64,000 bases of DNA, taken from assembly GCA_022823505.1 (NCBI GenBank), contig JAJEIA010000073.1, forward strand, positions 924 to 64,923, in the 5' to 3' direction. Source of the DNA: Dehalococcoidia bacterium (GTDB lineage Bacteria > Chloroflexota > Dehalococcoidia > Lucifugimonadales > UBA3495). The translations under genes and the position numbers were made by a program. Shown piece after piece: positions 38,489-47,643 of the stretch; the stretch's first letter is position 1; the number at the start of each line of letters is the position of its first letter. The notes under the pieces were generated by a model. The model was not told the origin of the DNA. It made no database searches and was given only the letters and a program-made list of their open reading frames with translations.

Positions 38489-40024
38489 TTACTTTCCATC
38501 AGCCAGGTTCATCGCCAATTGCGCCAGCGTCCGCGTCGGAACCCCGGTCGCTCCCTTCACCAAATGGCCCTTGCTGCTGGACGCCGTGGAAGTCCCCGCA
38601 ATGTCCAGATGCACCCAATCGGCGTCCTCGGCGAACTCCCGCAGCAGCATCGCCGCGGTGATTGACCCCGCCTGTCGCCCGCCCGAATTCTTCATGTCGG
38701 CCACATCGGAGCGGATCAAATCCCGGTAGTCTTCGAGCATGGGCAACTCCCAGAAGCGTTCCCCGCTGCGCTCGCCGGCCACGCCCAAATCCCGGGCCAA
38801 TTTGCTCGAGTTCCCCATCATGCCCGTGCACGCCTTGCCCAGCGTCACGACGATCGCGCCGGTCAGCGTCGCCACGTCCACCAGACGGGTGATCCCCAGG
38901 CTGCGGGCATAGCACAACGCATCCGCCAGCACGAGCCGGCCCTCCGCGTCCGTATTGATCACCTCGATGGTCTTGCCGTTCATCGCGGTCACCACGTCGC
39001 CCGGCCGTTGCGCCCGGCCGCCCGGCATGTTCTCAGTGGCCGCAATCAGCCCGGTGACGTTGATCCGCGGCTTCAATGACCCGATGGCCCGCATCGCCGC
39101 GATCACCGACGCACCGCCGGCCATGTCACCCTTCATGGCCTCCATGTTGGCGGCCGGCTTCAACGAGATCCCGCCGGTATCAAAGGTGATGCCTTTGCCC
39201 ACCAGTCCCAGGTTGTTCTGCGGGTTGTCCGGATCGCCTCGGTACGTCATCACGATCAGCTTGGGCGGCTCCTCGCTGCCCTGGGCCACGCCCAGGAAGG
39301 CGCCCATGCCGTGCTCCCCCATCCGGTCACGGTCCATCACGTCCAGTTCCAGCCCGACTTCTGCGGCAACCTGTTGCGCCGTTTCGGCCATCTTCGTGGG
39401 TGTCATCACGTTCGCCGGATGGTTCACCAGGTCCCGCGCCAGCATCGTGGATTCCGCCAGGATTGTCCCCACTGATACGCCGGCCTCCAAACCGTTCACG
39501 GCGCCCGCGTCTCGCTCCACTATTGTTACTTCCCCAATCCCGGCATCCACTTCCCTAGAGTCTTGGTTGTCAGTCCCGTTGCTGCGGTAGGTGTCGAACT
39601 TGTACAGTCCCAGCAGGGTACCTTCGGCGATGGCCTGCGCCGATTCGGACGCGTTCAACCCGCCAATGCCAGCCCCGTGGGCAATCGTCGCATATTCGCT
39701 GACTCCCTTCCGGCGCAGGAACCGCGCCACGTCGCCGCTGACCCGACGCACGGCGGCGGTGTCGAAGTCCCCGGACTTCCCCAACCCGGCCACCACCACC
39801 CTGTTGGCGGGAATGCGACCCATGGTGTGCAGCAGCGTCATTTCGCCCAGCTTACCCTTGATCTCACCGTCGGCGATCAGTTCCGATATCGCCCCGGACA
39901 GCGCGCGGTCCACCGCGCCGGTGCCTCCTCCCGGCTGCGTCACTCCCTGGAACAGATTCACCACCAACGCCGGCGTCGGGAACTCCGTCACGTCCCCGGC
40001 CGTAACCCTGATCCTCGTTGCCAT
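38489..40024 (-). CDS. pepA: leucyl aminopeptidase (M17)
   Basis: 511 aa. VGKGITFDTGG, NTDAEGRLVLADAL, GATG signatures. Confidence 0.95.
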   Translation of the reverse strand: MATRIRVTAGDVTEFPTPALVVNLFQGVTQPGGGTGAVDRALSGAISELIADGEIKGKLGEMTLLHTMGRIPANRVVVAGLGKSGDFDTAAVRRVSGDVARFLRRKGVSEYATIAHGAGIGGLNASESAQAIAEGTLLGLYKFDTYRSNGTDNQDSREVDAGIGEVTIVERDAGAVNGLEAGVSVGTILAESTMLARDLVNHPANVMTPTKMAETAQQVAAEVGLELDVMDRDRMGEHGMGAFLGVAQGSEEPPKLIVMTYRGDPDNPQNNLGLVGKGITFDTGGISLKPAANMEAMKGDMAGGASVIAAMRAIGSLKPRINVTGLIAATENMPGGRAQRPGDVVTAMNGKTIEVINTDAEGRLVLADALCYARSLGITRLVDVATLTGAIVVTLGKACTGMMGNSSKLARDLGVAGERSGERFWELPMLEDYRDLIRSDVADMKNSGGRQAGSITAAMLLREFAEDADWVHLDIAGTSTASSSKGHLVKGATGVPTRTLAQLAMNLADGK

Positions 40025-40081
40025 GCCGCTTCTCCTGAAACCAGTGCGTTCGTCGTTGCCAGCCCGATTATGCCAACCGCC

Positions 40082-40732
40082 CTACGACGGCACAACCGGG
40101 GACCAACCGGTCCGACGCATCGTTTCCAGCAACACATCCTCGGCGTCCTCCGGGCCCGCAACCAGAAGATGAGGACGCGGCACGGGTTGGTCGGCAACCG
40201 CCATGCGCGAGTACACGTCCCAGGTGGCGTCACTCTGCGACGCTTCTCCCACACCCTCGGCGCGATCGGTCAGGCGCCGTCGCACCAAGTCAGGTGGCGC
40301 CGTGAACCGGATGATCAACGGTTCGACGCCAACCTCGCTCGCCGATTCATACAGCGGCCGGCGCACGTTTTCGTTGAGGTTGGTCGCGTCGAACACTACC
40401 GAATACCCTTCCCTCAGGTATCCCTTGGTGAGCACGTGCATCGCAGCAAACACTCGCCGGTGCTCCCGCCGGCTGTAGCTTGGCGTGTCGACCAGAAACT
40501 TGCGGGTCCGGTCACTGTTGAGCCACAGGAAGGGCGCTCGGCGGGCCAACTCTCTGGCGAAATGCGACTTTCCGGTCCCGGGCAACCCGCAGAGGATCAC
40601 CAGGCTTGGCGCATCGCTCACCGTGGCCGGGAGTTCGTCGGCGTAAACCGAACGCAACCGCTGCAAGTCAGCGGGTCGCAGGCCGCCCGAGGTCCAGGCC
40701 TTTGGCTGAGACCGGGGCGTCGAGTTTGACAC
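40082..40732 (-). CDS. AAA_33-type P-loop kinase family protein
   Basis: Walker A LCGLPGTGKSH. Size and layout resemble gluconate-kinase / zeta-like small kinases. Confidence 0.7.
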   Translation of the reverse strand: MSNSTPRSQPKAWTSGGLRPADLQRLRSVYADELPATVSDAPSLVILCGLPGTGKSHFARELARRAPFLWLNSDRTRKFLVDTPSYSRREHRRVFAAMHVLTKGYLREGYSVVFDATNLNENVRRPLYESASEVGVEPLIIRFTAPPDLVRRRLTDRAEGVGEASQSDATWDVYSRMAVADQPVPRPHLLVAGPEDAEDVLLETMRRTGWSPVVPS

Positions 40733-40774
40733 CAGTCCTCGCCGCTTTGCCTGATCGCCGAGCCCGTTCCGGCG

Positions 40775-41050
40775 CTACGCCAGTAACGCCCGTAAGGCGT
40801 ATTGGACGACCACCAGCACGATCATCACCACCAACGGGCTGAAGTCGATCATGCCGGTCTGCGGCAGCATTCGCCGGATCGGACCCAGAACGGGCTCAGT
40901 GAGGGAGAACACCACGTCGTACAACCGCACCAGGACTTCCGGCGCTCCGTTCCCTTGCATGGTCATGTACTGGACCACGAATCCCAGGATGATGCGCGCC
41001 AACAGCAGCAGGTAGCACAGCGTGATGAATAGGCTGATTAGCTGGAGCAT
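40775..41050 (-). CDS. yggT: YggT family membrane protein
   Basis: 91 aa, two TM helices. ...LTEPVLGPIRRMLP..G.IDFSPLV is typical of YggT. Downstream of proC, as in many bacteria. Confidence 0.88.
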   Translation of the reverse strand: MLQLISLFITLCYLLLLARIILGFVVQYMTMQGNGAPEVLVRLYDVVFSLTEPVLGPIRRMLPQTGMIDFSPLVVMIVLVVVQYALRALLA

Positions 41051-41076
41051 GAGGGATCGACGTGTATCCGGGGAAC

Positions 41077-41880
41077 CTATCCCTGGCCCAGCCGCACGGA
41101 TTTCAGGTACGCAACGTTCACCGCGTCGACCAGCGCCGCGGGAACACCCGCGTGTTCCAGCGCTAGCAATCCTTCCGCCGTAGTTCCGCCCGGTGACGTC
41201 ACCATGTCCCTGAGCTCTCCGGGATGCCGGCCGGTCTCGGACATCAACTGCACGCTGCCTCTGAACGTCTGCAGGACCATGCGCCGCGACACGTCCCGGG
41301 GCAGCCCGACGTATACTCCGGCGTCGATCAGCGCTTCTACTAACAGAAACACGTACGCCGGCCCGCTGGCGCTAAGCGCCGTCGCCATGTCCAGGTATTT
41401 CTCGTCGTCGACATAGATGGCATCGCCGACCGTGGAAAGCATGGCGTCCGTAGCCTGCCGATGCGCCTCGCTCACCGAGGGAGCGCAGGTCCACATTGTC
41501 ATGCCTTCGCCGATCTGCGCCGGCGTGTTCGGCATGACCCGGATGATGCCGTCGTGTTTCATTCCGGTCGCCAGCGAAGTCATGGTGGCCCCGGCGACAA
41601 TGGACATCAGCGACTTCCCGTTGCCGAACGAGCCGCCGATGTCGGAGTACACCTTCGGGAGGTCTTGCGGCTTCACCGCCAGCGTGACCAATTCGGAGGC
41701 GTCGACTACCGCGCCGTTTTCGCCTGAAACCGCAACCCCATACCTCTCCGCCAGGTAGTCCCGACGCGCCGCCACCGGCTCTCCAACCATCACGGCGCCA
41801 GCATCGGCAACGCCGGCGTTCAGCATCCCACCCAGGATGGCCTCGGCCATCGTTCCGCCGCCAATGAACCCGATGTTCAT
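41077..41880 (-). CDS. proC: pyrroline-5-carboxylate reductase
   Basis: MNIGFIGGGTMAEAI Rossmann start at ATG 41880. C-terminal ...SPGGTTAEGL motif. Confidence 0.93.
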   Translation of the reverse strand: MNIGFIGGGTMAEAILGGMLNAGVADAGAVMVGEPVAARRDYLAERYGVAVSGENGAVVDASELVTLAVKPQDLPKVYSDIGGSFGNGKSLMSIVAGATMTSLATGMKHDGIIRVMPNTPAQIGEGMTMWTCAPSVSEAHRQATDAMLSTVGDAIYVDDEKYLDMATALSASGPAYVFLLVEALIDAGVYVGLPRDVSRRMVLQTFRGSVQLMSETGRHPGELRDMVTSPGGTTAEGLLALEHAGVPAALVDAVNVAYLKSVRLGQG

Positions 41881-41884
41881 AATC

Positions 41885-42430
41885 CTAGTCCTCACCCCGA
41901 CCATCAGTAAGGCTGTGCCCCAGAGAAAATCCCACATCGGACGTATCGCCGATTTTCAAGCTGTCGTTGCCGGTAAGTCGGCGCAGCCGTCGCAACTGGA
42001 CCCTGCTAGTAATCGTGAACGGGCGCGGCGACATGGCTGTCAGGCCGATCAAGTCCGGCAACACGTCCTCAACCCGGTCCATCATCTCGGCCAGCTCTTC
42101 CCTGCTGCGGTGATTCTCGTAAAAGTTCTGGTGCCCGATGAAGTATGCCTGCGCCAGGGCATGGGCCTGGTCGCTATCGAAGCCGTATTCCAGCACGACT
42201 TGACTCATTACCGCGTGAATGTCCTGATGCGAATCGTGCTGCCAGCCTCGCTGTTCAGCAACAGCTTTCACCGGCTGTACCACGGCGCCCCAAGCTTTTT
42301 CGCCGGCCTGCAAGCGGCTGCCCATCTTCAGTTCTTCGCGGGCGTGGATGATCATTCGTTCGCTGATCCGGAGACGGTCTTCGGTACTTTGAACGCCGTG
42401 CGCCGGCAAATCCGGTGCGGTGGTGCTCAT
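41885..42430 (-). CDS. PaREP1-like (HEPN-superfamily-related) helical protein with unique C-terminal tail
   Basis: GEKAWGAVVQPVKAVAEQRGWQHDSHQDIHAVMSQVV resembles the archaeal PaREP1/PaREP8 signature (EKAWGA...KA.A..RG....SH). Lower-GC codons. Wedged between pdxA and proC with 4-nt gaps. Confidence 0.6.
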   Translation of the reverse strand: MSTTAPDLPAHGVQSTEDRLRISERMIIHAREELKMGSRLQAGEKAWGAVVQPVKAVAEQRGWQHDSHQDIHAVMSQVVLEYGFDSDQAHALAQAYFIGHQNFYENHRSREELAEMMDRVEDVLPDLIGLTAMSPRPFTITSRVQLRRLRRLTGNDSLKIGDTSDVGFSLGHSLTDGRGED

Positions 42431-42434
42431 GGCG

Positions 42435-43490
42435 CTAATCCTTGCCCCAGCCGTCCGTCAGCCCGTCGCCCCGCGCGAACGCCACGGCCATCCGGATCGA
42501 CTCCACCATCGAGGTGTGGTCCGCCAGGTTCTTGCCCGCAATATCGAACGCCGTCCCGTGATCCACCGACGTGCGGATGAAAGGCAGCCCCAGATTCGCG
42601 GTGATGCTCTCCTCGAAGCCGTATACCTTGACCGGAATGTGCCCCTGGTCGTGGTACATGCACAGGGTCACGTCGTACCGGTCCTGGATCGCCTGGTGGA
42701 AGATGATGTCAGCGGGCACCGGTCCAATGGCGTTGATTCCTTCGCTCTGGGCCTGCTGCACCGCCGGCGCGATCTCCTCCGCCTCCTCGCTGCCAAGCAA
42801 CCCGCCGTCGCTGCCGTGAGGGTTCAACGCGGCAACCCCGATCCTGGGATTCGCAAACCCCCATTTCCGGAAATTGTCGTCGGTCAGCCGCAGGTAGTCG
42901 ACGATCCGATCCTTCTTCACGTAGTCGCAGGCGACACGCAGTGACCGGTGCGTCGTCAGGTGCACCACGCGCAGGTTCTTGGCCATCAGCATCGTGGCAA
43001 CGGTCTTCGCGCCGGATAGCTCCTGCAGCAGCTCCATGTGGCCAATCGCTTCGTATCCGGCCAATGCGGCGGCTTCCTTGTTCAACGGGGCCGTGGCCAG
43101 GCCGTCGACGACGCTGGCCATCGCCAGTTGCCCGGCCTTACTGACCCATTCCATTGACGCTTTGCCGCATGGAACGCTCAACTGCCCGACGGTGATGTCC
43201 TCGGGGTTGAGGTTCCCGATATCCACCACGTCAACCACCGACGGATTGTCCCCCGCTGACGTGGGGTCATCGGTGTGGTTGATCCCCATCGGAAGCCCGG
43301 TCAGCCGTGCCGCCTCTTCCATGGCATGGACATTGCCCACCACCACCGGTCGGCAGGCCGCGTACACCCGGGGGTCGGCCAGCGCCTTGACCACCACCTC
43401 CGGCCCGATGCCGCATGGATCGCCCATGGTGATTGCTATGGCCGGTCGTATCGTTTCGTTTTCCGTCCCAGATACCATGTCACGCCTCAT
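42435..43490 (-). CDS. pdxA: 4-hydroxythreonine-4-phosphate dehydrogenase
   Basis: ITMGDPCGIGPE, ...HGTAFDIAGK... blocks. Start is 43490 or ATG 43478. Confidence 0.92.
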   Translation of the reverse strand: MRRDMVSGTENETIRPAIAITMGDPCGIGPEVVVKALADPRVYAACRPVVVGNVHAMEEAARLTGLPMGINHTDDPTSAGDNPSVVDVVDIGNLNPEDITVGQLSVPCGKASMEWVSKAGQLAMASVVDGLATAPLNKEAAALAGYEAIGHMELLQELSGAKTVATMLMAKNLRVVHLTTHRSLRVACDYVKKDRIVDYLRLTDDNFRKWGFANPRIGVAALNPHGSDGGLLGSEEAEEIAPAVQQAQSEGINAIGPVPADIIFHQAIQDRYDVTLCMYHDQGHIPVKVYGFEESITANLGLPFIRTSVDHGTAFDIAGKNLADHTSMVESIRMAVAFARGDGLTDGWGKD

Positions 43491-43501
43491 CCGTCAGCGC
43501 A

Positions 43502-43575
43502 GGGTCTTTCGGCCGATTGGCAGCGAATTATAGCACGCACGCCATGCTGCCAATCTCCCAGGCGCTGAAAGACCC
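43502..43575. repeat. 74-bp nested inverted repeat in the pdxA / panA divergent intergenic region
   Basis: Outer: GGGTCTTTC (43502-43510) / GAAAGACCC (43567-43575). Inner perfect 10-bp: GATTGGCAGC (43515-43524) / GCTGCCAATC (43546-43555). Confidence 0.6.
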
Positions 43576-43650
43576 GGTTGCGCCGATTACGCAATCCCCT
43601 TAAACTTTTGACACCAACCAGCCTCTGGCTTATCGCCGTCGAGAGATGCT

Positions 43651-44187
43651 ATGGCCGCACCAGAATATTTCGAGCAGGACCGCGCCAAACTGATTGAGGC
43701 CGTAATCTACCTGTGCGAGTTGTCTAGCGACGATTCCGAGTTTGGCCTGCCCAAGTTGACCAAGATGCTCTACTACGCCGACTGCGAATCCTACATTCAG
43801 TTTGGCGCGCCCGTCACCGGCACCACTTACCTCCATTTCCCCCACGGCCCTCACCCGGAGAACTGGCATCAGCTAAGGGAGCAGATGGAGCAGCACGGCG
43901 ACGTAGAGGTTTTGCGTGATACTACAGTTGCCGGGTACCAGAACTATTGGCTGCTGCCGCTTCGCCCGCCAAATCTGGAACTACTCAGCCCCGAGGACCG
44001 TGAGTCGCTGGAGTCACAAGTGAAGCGTTTTGCCGGATTCAACGCTGCCGGCATCGAGCAATACTCCCGTCAGGATATCGGCTGGCGCGGCACCGAAGAC
44101 GGGCAGCCGATACCGTACGACTTGGCTGGTGTCTTCGCCCCGATGCCGAGTCCGAGCGAACTGCGAAGAGCTCGAATCGCTAACTGA
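43651..44187 (+). CDS. Panacea (DUF4065) domain protein, SocA/PanA-type antitoxin candidate
   Basis: LPKLTKMLYYADCESYIQFGAPVTGTTYLHFPHGPHP matches the KLxKLLYxAD...G.P.TG..Y....GP.P core of DUF4065. Lower GC than flanks. Confidence 0.75.
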   Translation: MAAPEYFEQDRAKLIEAVIYLCELSSDDSEFGLPKLTKMLYYADCESYIQFGAPVTGTTYLHFPHGPHPENWHQLREQMEQHGDVEVLRDTTVAGYQNYWLLPLRPPNLELLSPEDRESLESQVKRFAGFNAAGIEQYSRQDIGWRGTEDGQPIPYDLAGVFAPMPSPSELRRARIAN

Positions 44188-44485
44188 CTTTTCCCGCACT
44201 TAGCAACCAAACCGTATTATCGTCTTCTATAACTTCGTAACGGATTTCTATCCTGCCGATGGGATTAGCAACGGAGCGGGGAAATCTGACGCGCCTCACG
44301 TTTTCAGGCTCTTCGGGAACAGGCGTCCCAATGCTGGGGGATACCGACAACATCCTCTTTATGCTTTCAAGTGTAGCAGGATCAGCCAACTGATTGATCC
44401 AACCTTCAACGACGCCGCTACGCCAATCCGACTGAAACGATTCCCGTTCTCTTATGGAATACGGTCCTCGGTGATGCGGAACCAA
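44180..44485 (-). CDS. ParE/RelE-fold toxin-like protein (orphan)
   Basis: TTG 44485 lies 6 nt after GAGGTGA. C-terminus VRRVRFPRSVANPIGRIEIRYEVIEDDNTVWLLSAGK resembles the ParE/RelE beta-sheet core. A/T-rich codons. The 3' end overlaps the panA-like gene by 8 nt in convergent orientation. Confidence 0.6.
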   Translation of the reverse strand: MVPHHRGPYSIRERESFQSDWRSGVVEGWINQLADPATLESIKRMLSVSPSIGTPVPEEPENVRRVRFPRSVANPIGRIEIRYEVIEDDNTVWLLSAGKVS

Positions 44486-44530
44486 TATATCTCACCTCAA
44501 CACTGCATCCTTTCGCGTTTTGCCGAAACA

Positions 44531-44561
44531 CGAAAATCCAGGGCGGATGATAACCCGCCCC
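44531..44561 (-). terminator. probable intrinsic terminator after nrdJ
   Basis: Minus strand reads GGGCGGG-ttatcat-CCGCCC followed by TGGATTTTCGTGTTT, 16 nt after the nrdJ stop. Confidence 0.55.
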
Positions 44562-44576
44562 GGCCCCACGCCCCAC

Positions 44577-47018
44577 CTATTCACACTTGTTCCACCCGCA
44601 CGAATAGCAGGTGAGGCATCCCTCCTGGTTAACCACTCCTCCGTTGCATTCCGGGCACCGTTGGGAGAAGCCCGTCGGATACGTTGGCGCCGGAGCATGC
44701 CCGTTGGTCCCGTTCTCCACGGGCCCCCCGGCCAGGCTCAATTGCACCCCGGCGGTCGCGCGCGATAACGAGTCGTCACCGCCGGTAATGTTGTCCAACA
44801 CCAGGGCGACCGCATCAGGCCCGGAACCGACCAGTACCCCGTCGTCCCACGCGGGACAGCAGGTTATGCCGCGCAGTTGCCGCGTTACCTCGCTGGGATC
44901 GATGCCAGCTCGCAGGGCCAGCGAAACCAACCGTGACACCGCTTCCAGCAGCGCGGCGTCACATCCGCCGGCCTTGCCCATCGCTCCGAACACCTCGAAG
45001 GGCCGGCCCTCGTCGTCCATGTTCACGGTGACGTACATGTTGCCGTGTCCGGTCCGTACCCGCTCGGTGATGCCGCGGATCTGCCGCGGCCGCCGTCGGG
45101 GCACCCGGTGGCCGAGCCCGATGATCTTCACGGCGTCCGGATCATCAGCGTCGGTCAGGTTCTCGTCTTCCGCTCCATGGGCGCCGTTGCCGGTGCTCAG
45201 CACCTGCTCCGATTTGCTGCCGTCGCGGTACACCGTGATCCCCTTGCATCCCAGGGTGTAGGCCGACCGGTAGGCCTCCGCCACGTCATCGACCGTCGCC
45301 TCGCTGGGGAAGTTGATCGTCTTGGACACCGCGTTGTCCGTGTACTCCTGGAACGCCGCCTGCATCCGCACGTGCCACCGGGGATCGATGTCGTGGGACA
45401 CCCGGAACACGTTCTTGACCCAGTCCGGCACGTCCAGGTCCTCCAGTGATCCGACGCTGGCCAGATGCTCCATCAGTTCGGGCGAATAAAACCCTTCCTG
45501 ACGCGCCACGGCTTCCAGGAAGGCGTTGCCCTCCACCAGCCGCGTGTTGTCCATCACGTTCCGGACGTAGGACAGCGCGAACAGCGGTTCGATCCCGCTG
45601 GATGCCCCGGCGATGATGCTGATCGTGCCCGTGGGCGCTATCGTCACCGGCGCCGAGTTTCGCATCGGGATTGATCCCGGCCCCTCGTTGTACGCGCTGT
45701 TCTCCCACTCCGGGAACGGGCCACGGGACTCCGCGAGTAAGCATGATGCCCGGTACGTCTCTTCCTGGATGAACTTCATCACCTCGCGGGCCAGTTCCAG
45801 GGCCTCCACGCTGTCATAGCGCACACCCATCTGGATCAGCAGGTCCGACCATCCCATCACGCCCAGGCCAATGCGGCGGGTCCGCCGGCTCATGTCCGCG
45901 ATCTCCTGTATCGGATAGTCGTTCATGTCGATCACGCAGTCCAGCATGTGCACCGCCGTCGTGATCACTTCACTCATCCGCTCCCAGTCCACCACCACGT
46001 CGTCAGCTGTGTACCGGACCATCCGCGCCAGGTTCAGCGATCCCAGGTTGCACGACTCGTACGGCAGCAGGGGTTGCTCTCCGCACGGGTTGGTCGACTC
46101 GATATCGCCCAGCTGCGGGTTCGGATTGTCGCGGTTGATCCGGTCCAGGAACACGATGCCGGGGTCGCCGGTGCGCCATGCCAGTTCCGTCATTTGTTGG
46201 AACACTTCGCCGGCATTGAGCCGCCCGGCAACCTGACCGGTGCGCGGATTGATGAGATCGTATTCCTCGCCCTTTTCCGCCTTCACCATGAAGTCTTCCG
46301 TGACCGCCACCGAGATGTTGAAGTTGCTCAGGTGTGTACCGTCCTCTTTGGACCTGATGAACCGGAGCACGTCGGGATGCGTGACGTGCAGAATGCCCAT
46401 GTTTGCGCCCCGGCGGGTGCCGCCCTGCTTGACCACGTCCGTCGCTGCGTCGAAGGCGTTGATGAAGCTGACCGGCCCTGAGGCAACCCCACCCGTCGAC
46501 CCGACCACGTCGCCCTCCGGCCGCAGCCGTGAAAAGGCGAACCCGGTGCCGCCGCCGCTCTTGTGGATCAGTGCGGTTTCCTTCACCTTGGTGAAGATGG
46601 AATCGAGAGAATCCTCAACCGGCAGCACGAAACACGCCGACAGCTGCTGCAACTCGCGCCCGGCGTTCATCAGCGTCGGCGAGTTGGGCAGGAACTCCAG
46701 GCGCCGCATCACCCGGTAGAACCGCTCCTCGACGGCGGCGCGCTCCTCTTCTGTCGCGCCGTATTCCATCTCAGATTGGGACAGGTTGTGCGCCACCCGG
46801 CGGAACATCCCTTCCGGGTCTTCCAGTACGTTGCCCTCGCGGTCCTTGGAGAGATACCGGCGCTGCAGCACGACCCTCGCGTTATCGGTCAGGGTCCCGT
46901 TCCGATCGTTGTATTCGCCGGCGATCCCGGCCTCAACCATTGCGTCACGTATGCGCCGCCTCACCGAATCGGCTGCATCAGCCGGGCCCGCCGGTTCAAT
47001 TCCCCTAGCCGTTGCCAC
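44577..47018 (-). CDS. nrdJ: adenosylcobalamin-dependent (class II) ribonucleotide reductase
   Basis: NPCGEQPLLPYESCNLGS active-site block and class II layout. C-terminal Cys-rich tail CPECNGG...CLTCYSCGWNKCE. Preferred start is GTG 47018, 8 nt after GAGGGAGG (the ORF track starts at TTG 47042). Confidence 0.93.
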   Translation of the reverse strand: MATARGIEPAGPADAADSVRRRIRDAMVEAGIAGEYNDRNGTLTDNARVVLQRRYLSKDREGNVLEDPEGMFRRVAHNLSQSEMEYGATEEERAAVEERFYRVMRRLEFLPNSPTLMNAGRELQQLSACFVLPVEDSLDSIFTKVKETALIHKSGGGTGFAFSRLRPEGDVVGSTGGVASGPVSFINAFDAATDVVKQGGTRRGANMGILHVTHPDVLRFIRSKEDGTHLSNFNISVAVTEDFMVKAEKGEEYDLINPRTGQVAGRLNAGEVFQQMTELAWRTGDPGIVFLDRINRDNPNPQLGDIESTNPCGEQPLLPYESCNLGSLNLARMVRYTADDVVVDWERMSEVITTAVHMLDCVIDMNDYPIQEIADMSRRTRRIGLGVMGWSDLLIQMGVRYDSVEALELAREVMKFIQEETYRASCLLAESRGPFPEWENSAYNEGPGSIPMRNSAPVTIAPTGTISIIAGASSGIEPLFALSYVRNVMDNTRLVEGNAFLEAVARQEGFYSPELMEHLASVGSLEDLDVPDWVKNVFRVSHDIDPRWHVRMQAAFQEYTDNAVSKTINFPSEATVDDVAEAYRSAYTLGCKGITVYRDGSKSEQVLSTGNGAHGAEDENLTDADDPDAVKIIGLGHRVPRRRPRQIRGITERVRTGHGNMYVTVNMDDEGRPFEVFGAMGKAGGCDAALLEAVSRLVSLALRAGIDPSEVTRQLRGITCCPAWDDGVLVGSGPDAVALVLDNITGGDDSLSRATAGVQLSLAGGPVENGTNGHAPAPTYPTGFSQRCPECNGGVVNQEGCLTCYSCGWNKCE

Positions 47019-47196
47019 AGCAAGTACCTCCCTCGATTTCAACTATATGGATCAAATTATGATTGACAGATTGAGAACTACGATACGCATGGAACTACCG
47101 TGCACCGCTGTAGTCTAAACCATCAACCCTCTCACGCGCCGGGGCACACTGCCCGACACGACGGGGCGCCGGCACGCCAGCGCCCCACCACATCGA

Positions 47197-47643
47197 TCAG
47201 ATGGCTCCCACCTCGTTTTTCCTGCTCATCCCCTTGAGCCGTGCGGAAAGGTCCAGATCGAACCGCAAGCCCTTGTAGAAGTACAGCACCGGCGTCTCCT
47301 GCTCCGGCCGCAGGTCAAACCCGACCAGCGCAGCCGTCGCGTCCTGCACGCGATGCCAGACCCCCTCCTCACCCGGGGCTCCCCTGGTGACCAGGCGCAC
47401 CACCCCGGATGTCATGGATATTCCCAATCGCGTCAACGTGTCCGCGATCAGGTCGGCAAAGTCCCGCAACGCCCCATAGGCGTATTGGTGGCCAGAGGTC
47501 AGCCGCAAGGCCAGCCCCGTGGGTGTGTTCCGGCAGTTGGTGACCGGGAAAGCGGTCCGCAGCTGTCGAGTGATCTCGGCCTGGGCCCCTTCCGGGCACG
47601 GGCCACAGTGGATCTCTACGTTGTAATGCACCGAATGTTGCAT
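47197..47643 (-). CDS. hypothetical protein (148 aa) between nrdR and nrdJ
   Basis: ATG 47643 preceded by GGGAG. Strong GC3 codon bias. No family recognised. The longer ORF to 47769 would overlap the upstream small gene. Confidence 0.55.
   Translation of the reverse strand: MQHSVHYNVEIHCGPCPEGAQAEITRQLRTAFPVTNCRNTPTGLALRLTSGHQYAYGALRDFADLIADTLTRLGISMTSGVVRLVTRGAPGEEGVWHRVQDATAALVGFDLRPEQETPVLYFYKGLRFDLDLSARLKGMSRKNEVGAI

Noticed and set aside
43544-43603. 19-codon mini-ORF (MLPISQALKDPVAPITQSP) inside the nested inverted repeat upstream of the panA-like gene.
   Set aside because: It has no SD and its sequence is dictated by the palindrome arms. It is too short to support without conservation or ribosome-profiling data.
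44492-44698. 68-aa minus-strand ORF upstream of the ParE-like gene as its missing antitoxin.
   Set aside because: It lies almost entirely inside the 3' end of nrdJ in another frame and spans the nrdJ terminator. It has no antitoxin-like features.
47043-47196. Possible cobalamin riboswitch upstream of the B12-dependent nrdJ.
   Set aside because: The region is only ~150 nt. I could not find a B12-box-like core (GCCACTG-type) or the expected multi-stem layout, only two short GC hairpins. An Infernal scan would settle it.
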